Below are positions 29,807-39,240 of a stretch of 64,000 nucleotides of DNA, in pieces. The notes below the pieces were generated by a model. It was not told where the DNA came from. It ran no database searches and saw only the letters and a program-made list of their open reading frames with translations. The translations under genes were made by a program, and so were the position numbers. The first letter of the stretch is position 1; each line of letters opens with the position of its first letter. Origin of the DNA: a virus (lineage: Duplodnaviria > Heunggongvirae > Uroviricota > Caudoviricetes); the IMG/VR virus record IMGVR_UViG_3300026549_001031, one strand, 5' to 3'.

Positions 29807-30644
29807 AGATCATGCTATAAGCGAGCACATGGTGGCATACGAGAATTATCAGGAGATCTATGATTTCTTGGCTTTGGTCATGGCTACAATAGAGAAAAGA
29901 GGATTAAGTAGACTTACTTCAAATGATATATACTATTTGGTTTACTGTAAGTGCATGCTGGAGGATGCTGTAGAGCAGACCAGTGAGGACTATGTCACTA
30001 GTGGTTGTTTAAGCAGAAATTTGGATAATGTGAATAACTTATTGAAGTTGATACCTGACATGTCATTGAAGAAAGCATTACATAAGAAAACAAACTTAAT
30101 AGACACATTCAAGTTGGAGAGGGCATTGTTGCTTGGTACTAGGGAGAAGAAGTCGTTCTCTGATAAAATGGAGACATACAATGTATTTATTCCTGGGGCA
30201 TTTGCTATTGTTTATTTAGTACTTGGATTTCCTATTAGGACAGGAACATATTTTGCTGTGGGTACAATAGTTGTATCATTGACACTTGGTTTACTTTCAG
30301 TATTTGAAGAGAAAAGACCATTGCTATTGTTTAATAACAGGTTAAGAAATTCTGAATACATATTAGCTAATATGTATAAACATTGTTTAAGATGTGTATG
30401 TTGCACCTGTAATAAGGAAGATGGGCCTTATTACCATTGTAGTAGGTTTATGATGTGTGTAGATGGCATAGCACACGATTTAAGGTGTCTGGAAAAGAAG
30501 ACAGAACAACAGTATTATGATTATAGGGACTCTATACGGAAGATAAAGGCAGCTAGTAGATATGTGGACACTACAATAAAAGACGTGGAAAATGTTGTAA
30601 GATATGAACGCAGTATTTTAAGAGGTTGGAACTATAGGGTATAA
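29787..30644 (+). CDS. Membrane protein, LTxNDI paralogue family, Cys-rich C-terminus
   Basis: LTSNDIYYLVYCKCML; TM pair; CLRCVCCTC. Confidence 0.75.
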   Translation: MECTWYKDHAISEHMVAYENYQEIYDFLALVMATIEKRGLSRLTSNDIYYLVYCKCMLEDAVEQTSEDYVTSGCLSRNLDNVNNLLKLIPDMSLKKALHKKTNLIDTFKLERALLLGTREKKSFSDKMETYNVFIPGAFAIVYLVLGFPIRTGTYFAVGTIVVSLTLGLLSVFEEKRPLLLFNNRLRNSEYILANMYKHCLRCVCCTCNKEDGPYYHCSRFMMCVDGIAHDLRCLEKKTEQQYYDYRDSIRKIKAASRYVDTTIKDVENVVRYERSILRGWNYRV

Positions 30645-30648
30645 GGAA

Positions 30649-30695
30649 ATGCATATCATAGTGTAATCAGTTACATTGTGGTATGCATAATTTTA
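30649..30695 (+). terminator. Stem-loop / probable terminator
   Basis: ATGCATATCATAGTGTAA / TTACATTGTGGTATGCAT with G-U pairs. Confidence 0.55.
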
Positions 30696-30742
30696 TTATA
30701 AGAAAAATTTTAATTTTAATTTAGGAAAGGAAAAAGAGCAAT

Positions 30743-31258
30743 ATGCAGGAGACAAGGGTAGTTGAACAGGGTAAGGAGTTGGAGGAATATAATAAGCTAT
30801 GTGAGTACACTAATGCTATATTAAGGGACTTTAATGCAGAGACAGCAACAAGAAATGATATCTATGACTTAGCTTATGCTAAACTTAAGTTAGATGAGTT
30901 TCAGCATAGTGGTTTGCATAACAGCATTATTGATGGTGCAGTTGAGAGAACAAGGGGCAATGTTAGTTTAGTACTTAACATGACTAAAAATAATGCTGAC
31001 ATTTATACTAGAGATATAGATAAGGCAAAATCAAAAAGCATCAATAAGAAAAAGGGTACACAGTTGCAAATGCAAAATACAGGTAGTCCTACAGTGGCAA
31101 GTTGTGACAGTGCAATTAAGAAAGTAATGGTACAAAAGATGATTGGACCTATGGTCTTTGGTGGTATTATGTTATTCGTTGGTAATATAGATAGTATACT
31201 TAAAATGTTTGGGCTTAACATTGCACTACCTAGATTGAAACAAATGCAGTTTAATTAA
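30743..31258 (+). CDS. Membrane-anchored protein, LTxNDI paralogue family
   Basis: ATRNDIYDLAYAKLKL; C-terminal hydrophobic segment. Confidence 0.75.
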   Translation: MQETRVVEQGKELEEYNKLCEYTNAILRDFNAETATRNDIYDLAYAKLKLDEFQHSGLHNSIIDGAVERTRGNVSLVLNMTKNNADIYTRDIDKAKSKSINKKKGTQLQMQNTGSPTVASCDSAIKKVMVQKMIGPMVFGGIMLFVGNIDSILKMFGLNIALPRLKQMQFN

Positions 31259-31301
31259 AGATGGACAATATAAAAGAGCAGATAGAAAGGAAGTTATAAA
31301 C

Positions 31302-32921
31302 ATGGGAGTTACATATCCGACAATGTGGAATGGAATGTATCTTGGTAATATGTCAGAGCAGCAGGCAAGTTTGATTATGCAGACAAGGTCATCAGAAAAG
31401 ATTGAAAATCTTAAGCATATGATTTTTGATTTTCCTCCTGAATTGATTAAAAGAAGCCTTGATGAAGGAATTAGCATTAGAGAAATAGCAAAGACAGATG
31501 AAAGTGTTGACTTAAAGCAGTATGTTTCAGAGTTGCGTGATTATCAGACAGTGGGTACAGCTTTTATGTACCTTAGTCCAAGAAGTATCATCGCTGATGG
31601 TTGTGGTTTAGGCAAGACAGCAGAAGTAAGTGCTCTTATAAATTATTTGAAGAGTACAGGGGTTTTAACAAGATTCCTCATTGCAGTTGAGTCAGGTGCA
31701 TTAGGTCAGACACAGTGTGAACTTGAGAGGTTTACAGGTTTGAATGTGGTAGCTATGCCTTCTGAGGCACCTAAAATTAGGAGAGTCATTAAGAAAACAG
31801 ACTGGAGAAAAGTTGATGGCATTGTAATTAAACACAGTACATTGAGAAGTGATCCTTTCTCACAGTGGTTGGCACTTAATCTTGATGAGAATGGACTTTG
31901 TAAGATTTTCAATACATTCTTCCTTGATGAAAGTTCCCTGATTAAAAATAATAAGACAAAGACTTATGAATATACACGTAACATTTGTAATATTGTTACA
32001 CGAGTTCATTTTATGAATGCAACAGCATTTGAGACAAACATCATGGATGTTTATAATCAGATGGACATGATGGAGGCAGAGCTGTTACCTAAACAGTGGC
32101 GCATTGAGAAAGATTATTGTGTACATAAGAGATCACAATACTGGACAAAGGTAAATGGTAAGTCTCAGTTGAATTTTAGAAGAGAGCGTACAGGATATAA
32201 AGATCAGGCAAAGTTCAAAAAGAGTTTGCAGTTGGTTTATTTTGGTAGGAGTTCAAAAGAAATATTTGGAGAGGTTCCGAATGTATATAAGACATATTAT
32301 GTGACACCTACGAATGATATGGCAGTTGCATTAGAAAAAGGATATAGATACAATGAGTTATTGAATTGTCCTTCATTGATACCTGATGTTGGTATTGGAA
32401 TGACAAGGAAAGAAGTTCCTAAGCTTGATAGATTATGTAGGCTTATTGAAACAGAGTTTTCAGACGTGCCTGTTATGGTTTATTGTTTTCACAGAGAGGC
32501 ACAGGCAGCTATTGAGAGAGAACTTAAGGCAATAGGAAGAAAGCCTGTGGTACTGAATGGTGAGATCACTGACTCAATGGAGAAATACTCAATTCAGCAG
32601 AAGTTTAACAATGGAGAATATGATGTAATCATTACAAATATTAAAAAGTCACTAAACTTAAATGCAGCGCAGGTATGTATCTTCTACAGTATGGAAACAA
32701 ACATTGCTAAAATGGAGCAGACAGCACGAAGAATTGACAGACATGTAGATGATTCAATTAAAACATTTATATTATTGTTGTATGAGCATACAGCAGAATG
32801 TGCATTCTTTATGGATACAGTTGCCCAACGAGCAAAAGACGCAAGAGATTTGACAATCGATGCAAAGACAGCAGTTGATTACTTTGTTGAGGCAATGAGA
32901 AGTGATGAGGTGGGCCAGTAA
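31302..32921 (+). CDS. SNF2-family (SF2) helicase/translocase
   Basis: LRDYQ, IIADGCGLGKT, FLDESSLIKN, LNLNAA, EQTARRIDR. Confidence 0.85.
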   Translation: MGVTYPTMWNGMYLGNMSEQQASLIMQTRSSEKIENLKHMIFDFPPELIKRSLDEGISIREIAKTDESVDLKQYVSELRDYQTVGTAFMYLSPRSIIADGCGLGKTAEVSALINYLKSTGVLTRFLIAVESGALGQTQCELERFTGLNVVAMPSEAPKIRRVIKKTDWRKVDGIVIKHSTLRSDPFSQWLALNLDENGLCKIFNTFFLDESSLIKNNKTKTYEYTRNICNIVTRVHFMNATAFETNIMDVYNQMDMMEAELLPKQWRIEKDYCVHKRSQYWTKVNGKSQLNFRRERTGYKDQAKFKKSLQLVYFGRSSKEIFGEVPNVYKTYYVTPTNDMAVALEKGYRYNELLNCPSLIPDVGIGMTRKEVPKLDRLCRLIETEFSDVPVMVYCFHREAQAAIERELKAIGRKPVVLNGEITDSMEKYSIQQKFNNGEYDVIITNIKKSLNLNAAQVCIFYSMETNIAKMEQTARRIDRHVDDSIKTFILLLYEHTAECAFFMDTVAQRAKDARDLTIDAKTAVDYFVEAMRSDEVGQ

Positions 32922-32978
32922 AAGAGCATTGAATTTAATTAAAATTAAATTTTAATTTTGTTTATAGGAGGTTATAAC

Positions 32979-33770
32979 ATGAAGAAAAAAGTAATTAGTG
33001 CATTGTTAGTTTCTTGTTTGCTTGCAACTCTGATTACTGGCTGCGGTTCAGGTGATGGTTCAGACATTAGTTCAATGTCTAAGTCACAGTTGAGACAGGC
33101 ATATACAGACTTGAGTAATCAATACAATGACTTGGCTAATCAGTACGACGACTTAAATATTAAGTATACTGGTCTTCAAAGCGAGGATGATACAACACCT
33201 GTTATTTCAGCTACAGGAGATGGAAGTGGCTCACGACTTACGTTTAATTCAGTGGACAGCAAGATTATTTTCCCTTCAACATTTGAATATCCTGGTGCAG
33301 TTCAGGCAGCATCAAGTGGAAAGGTTTCAATCATTGATGGTGTTGAGTGTACACCTGGTTCAAATTGGATTTGCAAGTTGAATGGGTCATCACTTGAACT
33401 TGAGAACACGGCTGGAATAAGTGGTACCATTAAAGTTGGAACACAGAGTTACCTGTACACAGCTGATGAACTTAAGTCAGATGTAATTAAGCCTTGGTTT
33501 GATGGATTACCTCAGGGAACCTTAACATATAACAGTGTGTTTGTTGCTCAACAGGCAATGGGAATACAGGCTAGCACACCAACAACAATTGATAGTGAGA
33601 ATGCTTACTTAAGGTGTGGAATGGTTGGCTATGGAGATAAATGTGTGACTTACATATTTGTTTATAGGGGAGATCAAGATGCATCTAAAGATGAGAGTAT
33701 TACAAACTTATTAAATTCAGTTACAATTGATGGTGATCAGATGCAGTGTAATCAGACAGATAGTCAGTAA
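32979..33770 (+). CDS. Lipoprotein
   Basis: ATG 32979 after AGGAGG; MKKK + lipobox LITG-C; short coiled coil. Confidence 0.8.
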   Translation: MKKKVISALLVSCLLATLITGCGSGDGSDISSMSKSQLRQAYTDLSNQYNDLANQYDDLNIKYTGLQSEDDTTPVISATGDGSGSRLTFNSVDSKIIFPSTFEYPGAVQAASSGKVSIIDGVECTPGSNWICKLNGSSLELENTAGISGTIKVGTQSYLYTADELKSDVIKPWFDGLPQGTLTYNSVFVAQQAMGIQASTPTTIDSENAYLRCGMVGYGDKCVTYIFVYRGDQDASKDESITNLLNSVTIDGDQMQCNQTDSQ

Positions 33771-33794
33771 AATAAAGCATACAGAAAATAAAGA

Positions 33795-33864
33795 AAGACC
33801 AATACATGATAGAGATTGACACTAAAGAATGATGGGGTGGTAAAATTTATCATGTATTGGTCTT
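33795..33864. repeat. 17-bp perfect inverted repeat enclosing a promoter-like sequence
   Basis: AAGACCAATACATGATA (33795-33811) / TATCATGTATTGGTCTT (33848-33864); loop has TTGACA (33816) and TGGTAAAAT. Confidence 0.7.
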
Positions 33865-33921
33865 AATTTATGTCATTTAGATATGTTAAAATGTATTTTA
33901 ATTATATTTTAAGGAGATTGT

Positions 33922-34920
33922 ATGGAGAAAGAGATAGACATTGACAAAACTTTTGACAGCGCTTTTGATAGTTTTGGAATGGAAACAGAGAACATTGAGA
34001 GTACAGGAGATAAGCTTAAGGTTGAAGCAAAAGACAATGGAATTGAGACTTTTGGTTTAGAGAATAGATCAAAAGATCGTGGAAAATTGTTTTATGGGCT
34101 TACAGATTATGATAGACAGCAGGCAGTTGATGAGTTTATTGTGCCTATGGCATATAAGAATGCAACATTCGACATTGATGCAATTAAGCAAAACTTGAAG
34201 GCTCAATGGATTAAGCATGGAAAAATTGATACAGTACACAAGTTTAAGCAATATACACAGGTATGTAATGAAATACTTTCATGTGTACGTATGAAAATGT
34301 TACCTCAACGTAGTTACTTGATTGGTGCACCTAATGGCTTTGGTAAGACAAGCTTTGTAAATGAGTGTTTAATCACCTTAAGGAAACAAGGATACAGGGT
34401 TGTGCCTTATATTTCATTATGGGAATTAGCTCAATTACGTGTAGAGAATGAGCAGAGAATAATGAGACCTTACAAGACCTTTACAGTAAGTGACACTGAT
34501 AAGGGAGAAAAGGTCCTGTATCATGAACCTAAAAGACTAGATAAAGACACTAAATTTGATAAGAGACCTGAAATTGTGACAGGACGCTTTAGTTATAGTG
34601 AATATGTCAATGCAGATTGTTTGTTTGTACACTTTTCAGATATTTCTAGCAAGGAGATTGAGTCACATGCACTATATCAGGTGCTTAGCATCAGGGGGTC
34701 TAAAGGGTTACCTACAATAGTGATGTTGTCAACATCACTGAAGGCATATGAGGCAGATGCTAAATTGAAAGAATACATCTGGAATGAGATTGTGGCATGT
34801 GACGAAAGAAAGAACTGCTTTGATAGAGTTTATCATGTTTCATGTTATAAACTTAGAGACATTGAGAGTAAGATGAGTACAAAGAATAAACTTGATAAAG
34901 ACACAGGAATTGTAGACTAG
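33922..34920 (+). CDS. DnaC/IstB-like P-loop ATPase (helicase-loader-like)
   Basis: YKNATFD, GAPNGFGKTS, RGSKGLPTIV; Walker B degenerate. Confidence 0.6.
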   Translation: MEKEIDIDKTFDSAFDSFGMETENIESTGDKLKVEAKDNGIETFGLENRSKDRGKLFYGLTDYDRQQAVDEFIVPMAYKNATFDIDAIKQNLKAQWIKHGKIDTVHKFKQYTQVCNEILSCVRMKMLPQRSYLIGAPNGFGKTSFVNECLITLRKQGYRVVPYISLWELAQLRVENEQRIMRPYKTFTVSDTDKGEKVLYHEPKRLDKDTKFDKRPEIVTGRFSYSEYVNADCLFVHFSDISSKEIESHALYQVLSIRGSKGLPTIVMLSTSLKAYEADAKLKEYIWNEIVACDERKNCFDRVYHVSCYKLRDIESKMSTKNKLDKDTGIVD

Positions 34921-34971
34921 TAGGCATGGGGAAATAAAGAGATATAGAGAAAGGGCACGGGAAATTGAAAA

Positions 34972-35259
34972 ATGATTGATAGGAATGAGCATGTGAGATG
35001 CAGTTGGTGTTATGGAGTATCACCTTTGGGTGACTGGAATGACTTGACATATAGTCAATGTACAAATAGAGAAATGAAGAGAGCATTCACACCTTTGATG
35101 CAGGAAAAGGCGTTTATGCGGAAAAGTGATACATATTATATATGTCCGAAATGCAGTAAATGGAGCAGAGGAAGTCAGTTGAGAATTGTAGATACAGAGG
35201 ATAAAAGACTTCTAAAATTAGGCGGAGATACAGTATTTACAGAGTTGGGCAAGAAATAA
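34972..35259 (+). CDS. Small zinc-finger protein
   Basis: CSWC and CPKC pairs. Confidence 0.7.
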   Translation: MIDRNEHVRCSWCYGVSPLGDWNDLTYSQCTNREMKRAFTPLMQEKAFMRKSDTYYICPKCSKWSRGSQLRIVDTEDKRLLKLGGDTVFTELGKK

Positions 35260-35318
35260 GAGGAATATTACAAGATTAACAATTAAGATACATTGGCAGA
35301 TAAAGGTTTATTCAGTTG

Positions 35319-35354
35319 GACTAGTTGGGTGTTTACTCAACTAGTTTTTATTTT
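35319..35354 (+). terminator. Rho-independent terminator
   Basis: GACTAGTTGGGT / ACTCAACTAGTT then T-rich tail. Confidence 0.6.
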
Positions 35355-35410
35355 GCATTGAACAAGTTTATAGGGTTTAGACTAGTTTTGAACTAGCACG
35401 GACTAGTTTT
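35320..35410. repeat. Phased ACTAGTT repeat cluster
   Basis: ACTAGT at 35320, 35340, 35381, 35402; near-copies ACAAGT 35362 and ACTAGC 35392. Confidence 0.6.
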
Positions 35411-35540
35411 TAGAAATCTGAGTACAATAAAAGGAATCATAAATTACAATTAGTTGACATTTTTACTATGCATGTCACACTGCATTAGGTGTAATTTGAA
35501 AGTACAATTAAAAAATTAAAAATAGAGGAGGTTTGCAATT

Positions 35541-36479
35541 ATGTATAATCCTAATATAATATATAGTGTGACAGGTAGATATATGGACGGACAGAAAATT
35601 GTGGCTTATCATCTTGTGGGTAGCGATGGTAGTCAGGAGGCTGCAACTAAAGATCGTGTATCTTGGTTAATAGGTAGGAACATGATAGACAATATGAAAA
35701 TTCAGGCTGGCAGTAATGGAAATATTATACTTAGAGGTAAGGGCATTAACTTAAGTAAATTACCAGTGTTTGATATGAACAAGCAGGAATTTAGAAATAA
35801 TCAGGCATCAGTAGAGGTTGCTAACAGTAATGTTTCAACTAAAAAGAGCAATGTACCTTATGCAAATGCAATGGGTCAATTTGAGATTGTCAAGAGAATT
35901 ATGTTTAAGAACAAGTGTATTGGTTATGAGTTGCATGATAGAAATGGTAAGCACTATAGAAAAAGACGTCAGGAAGTATTAAAACTTGCAGTTGGAAAAT
36001 TGATATGCAATGCAGGAGTTCAGAAGTATACAGATAAAAATTCTGGAGAGACAGTGCTGATTCTTCGTGGGGCAGGTACAGATTTAAGTAAGTTGCCTAT
36101 CCTGATTGTAAATGACAATGGAATGATTTATGATCCTAGTAAAGCTAGCAATGATTTAACAGTGCGTGGAGCATATATGAAATCTAATGGCATTGTAAGA
36201 GATGGAGAAGGACATAGCTTAAAGTTTAGGGCAGGAGAGTTTATAATCTGCAATGCAGATGGAAAGGTTAGCATTGTAGGTAATGAAGAGGCAAAGAGAA
36301 AGTACACTACAAAGACAGATTGTGCATCAGCAGTATGTGATGATTACTTAAGCAATATTTCTAAATACTCTATTGAGATATTTGGAAATTCTCCAATTTC
36401 ACTTTCTGCAGGAATGGTAAAGAGATGGACAATACTTAAACCTGTATGTCATAGTGATAAAAATATAGCAATGCGATAG
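35541..36479 (+). CDS. Hypothetical protein with two copies of the element-specific ~70-aa module
   Basis: Internal duplication: KIVAYHL...ILRGKGINLSKLP and KCIGYEL...ILRGAGTDLSKLP. Confidence 0.8.
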   Translation: MYNPNIIYSVTGRYMDGQKIVAYHLVGSDGSQEAATKDRVSWLIGRNMIDNMKIQAGSNGNIILRGKGINLSKLPVFDMNKQEFRNNQASVEVANSNVSTKKSNVPYANAMGQFEIVKRIMFKNKCIGYELHDRNGKHYRKRRQEVLKLAVGKLICNAGVQKYTDKNSGETVLILRGAGTDLSKLPILIVNDNGMIYDPSKASNDLTVRGAYMKSNGIVRDGEGHSLKFRAGEFIICNADGKVSIVGNEEAKRKYTTKTDCASAVCDDYLSNISKYSIEIFGNSPISLSAGMVKRWTILKPVCHSDKNIAMR

Positions 36480-36500
36480 TTTATGGGCTTATAAGGAATG

Positions 36501-36546
36501 AGTGGTATGTCATGGGTATTAAAATATGTATGGCATATCACTTTTT
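36501..36546 (+). terminator. Rho-independent terminator
   Basis: AGTGGTATGTCAT / ATGGCATATCACT then TTTT. Confidence 0.6.
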
Positions 36547-37044
36547 CTATGTCTGCATATCTGCTAGAGCATTACTAAAAATCAGCTAAGCAGTAGGGCT
36601 ATTTTCTACAATTTTTAAGAAAGCGAATCCTTTGTGATAAAATTAAGGTGGAGAAAATCAATCACAACAACTAATCAAAAATGGTAAGATCTACATATGG
36701 TTTCAGGTGCTATGCAGTGGGGTCAAAATCGCTATAGGCATTAGGGGTTCCAAAATTTAGTAATTTTCACAAGAAAATTTTGGAATTTTGGAAAATTAGG
36801 GTGTGGAAGTAGGGAAGTTTTACTATTTTAACAACTATAGTACAAGATTGAAAAATTTGCTAGCATAAGAATGAAAATCAGGTCATATGCCTGCTCTTTT
36901 GTAAAATTGATCAGCATTAAATTAAAAATTGTTTATGAGACATACATTTTTTCTCAAGTTTTGGACTTGTTTAACTACATATGATTATAAATAATTGTAA
37001 TTATTTTATTTTTATAAAGTTTAAGATAGGAGGTTGTTAGAGCA

Positions 37045-39108
37045 GTGGCTAAAAAGAAGGGTAGCAGAGGCATGAAGCGTCTGCGTGACGAACAACAGGT
37101 TAGACAGAGACCTGGAGTCATCTTTGGTACAAACGATGAGCAGGGTGCATTAAATGGTATCAATGAGATTGTTGATAACTCCATTGATGAGGCTAGAGAA
37201 GGACATGGAAGTGTCATCAATTATACAGTGGAGCGTGGTGAGGGTGATATCAAGAGTGCAGAGGGTAAACAGGCAGACATCTTCACTATTGAGGATCAGG
37301 GACGTGGATTGCCTATGGATTGGAATGAGGACGAGGAGATGTATGATTGGGAGCTCGCCTTATGTACAATGTATGCATCTGGAAAATACGACAGCGAGCA
37401 GTACACTCAATCATTAGGCTTAAATGGTTTAGGTTTAACATCTATGCAGTACGCTTCATCATTTATGGATGTTTATTCAGCATATGATGATAAACTTCAC
37501 TACATGCACTTTGAGAAAGGTAGACCTGTAGGAGAAATGAAAGTTACACCTTTACCTGAAGAGTACAAAGGAAAGACAGGCACTAGAATTAGATTTCAGC
37601 CTGACGTAGAAGTATTTCCTGCATTGAGACATAAAGATATACTTCCTGAAATTATTCTTATTTCATTAAGAAAACAGGCTATGCAGATCGCAGGTTTAAC
37701 TATCAACTTTACTCATTACAGTTACAATCATACAGTAACCTTATGTTACAATGGTGGTATCATTGAGTACATTGATAGTTTAACAGATAAGCTTATGCTT
37801 AATAAGACTGTTTATTTTGAGGACAGTGCAGTTGGTACAGATGATCCTGTGGCAATGCCAGAGGAATACACTGTAAATATGAAGATGGCATTTAACTTCT
37901 CAAGAGGACTTGGAGAGAATGGAAACTCCATTGGTGTAATTGAGATCTATCATAACTCATCTCATATGTTCGAGGGTGGAACAACAGTGCAGGGTTTTGA
38001 AAAAGGAATCACACAGGCATTTACAGATGTGGCTAAGGCAATGGGTAAAATTGGTAAGTCAGAGAGATTTGTTTACAGTGATATTGCTGATATCATGCTG
38101 TGTGTTTGTATGACAGGTGCTCCTGGTTTTAGGACATCATTTAAGAACCAGACAAAGGGAGCAATTACAAATCCATTTATTGGTAAAGCATTTGCACAAT
38201 TCGTCTACGATAAAATGAGATACTGGCTTGAGCAAAATCAGACAGTTGCAGGTAAGATTGTGAATGAGGTAGTTACTAATAAGAAAGCACGTGAAGAGGG
38301 TGCAGAGGTTAGTAAGAAAGTCATTAACAAGTTATCCAAAGCAGTTTCGTTTGGAAATAAACCTAAGGATTTCAAGGATTGCTCTACTAAAATTATTCGT
38401 GACAGAGAGCTCTACATCGTGGAAGGACGTTCAGCATTGGGTTCAGTTAAGTTAGCATGTAATCCTAAGTTTCAGGCAGTATTGCCTTTACGTGGTAAAC
38501 CTATTAACTGCCTCAAAGAAAAACTTTCACGCGTACTGAATAATGAAGTAATCACTGATTTATACAGAGTATTACAGTGTGGAATTGAAGCAAAGAGTGA
38601 TTATATTGATAACTTACCTAAGTTTGATATTCTCAAGCTTAACTGGGGTAAGATAATCATTTGTACTGATGCAGACGTGGATGGTATGCATATCAGATGT
38701 TTGTTGATACTTATGTTCTTAATTCTGTCACCATCTCTTATTAAGTATGGTAAGGTTTATATTGCAGAGACTCCTTTGTTTGAGATCAGTTGGAAAAAAG
38801 AAAAGAGATCAAGATTTGCATTTAACGACGCTGAAAAAGAAGCAGTGCTCAATGACTTATATGCACTTGGCGCTAACGATAAGGATATTACAGTACAGAG
38901 ATCAAAAGGACTTGGTGAGAATGACCCTGAAATGATGTCTGAATCTACAATGAATCCTTTAACAAGACGTCTGGTTCCTGTGGAGTATCCTGATGGAGGG
39001 GATGAGCAGATGATGCATGATTTATTAAATGCATTACTTGGTGATGACATTGAGTCACGTAGAGAATTGATTGAGCAGTACTTTGAAATGATTGACGAGG
39101 CTGAATAA
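37045..39108 (+). CDS. gyrB: Type IIA DNA topoisomerase subunit B (GyrB/ParE-like)
   Basis: VRQRPG, EIVDNSIDEA, DQGRGLP, SLGLNGLG, TOPRIM EGRSA / PLRGK / DADVDG, KGLGE. Confidence 0.93.
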   Translation: MAKKKGSRGMKRLRDEQQVRQRPGVIFGTNDEQGALNGINEIVDNSIDEAREGHGSVINYTVERGEGDIKSAEGKQADIFTIEDQGRGLPMDWNEDEEMYDWELALCTMYASGKYDSEQYTQSLGLNGLGLTSMQYASSFMDVYSAYDDKLHYMHFEKGRPVGEMKVTPLPEEYKGKTGTRIRFQPDVEVFPALRHKDILPEIILISLRKQAMQIAGLTINFTHYSYNHTVTLCYNGGIIEYIDSLTDKLMLNKTVYFEDSAVGTDDPVAMPEEYTVNMKMAFNFSRGLGENGNSIGVIEIYHNSSHMFEGGTTVQGFEKGITQAFTDVAKAMGKIGKSERFVYSDIADIMLCVCMTGAPGFRTSFKNQTKGAITNPFIGKAFAQFVYDKMRYWLEQNQTVAGKIVNEVVTNKKAREEGAEVSKKVINKLSKAVSFGNKPKDFKDCSTKIIRDRELYIVEGRSALGSVKLACNPKFQAVLPLRGKPINCLKEKLSRVLNNEVITDLYRVLQCGIEAKSDYIDNLPKFDILKLNWGKIIICTDADVDGMHIRCLLILMFLILSPSLIKYGKVYIAETPLFEISWKKEKRSRFAFNDAEKEAVLNDLYALGANDKDITVQRSKGLGENDPEMMSESTMNPLTRRLVPVEYPDGGDEQMMHDLLNALLGDDIESRRELIEQYFEMIDEAE

Positions 39109-39151
39109 AATAAGGCAAGCAGGGATAAAGCATATCATGTAGTAATGAGAG

Positions 39152-39185
39152 AGGGGCTAGTCAGAAATAGACTGGTCCCTTTTTT
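39152..39185 (+). terminator. Rho-independent terminator
   Basis: AGGGGCTAGTC / GACTGGTCCCT then TTTTT. Confidence 0.75.
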
Positions 39186-39240
39186 GGTGCATAAGATACA
39201 AAAGAAAGTAATAAATTGTTTATTTTAGGAGGTTTTTTGA

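Noticed and set aside
36625-36645. TTGTGATAA as a DnaA box
   Set aside because: Imperfect and single; no DnaA-box cluster
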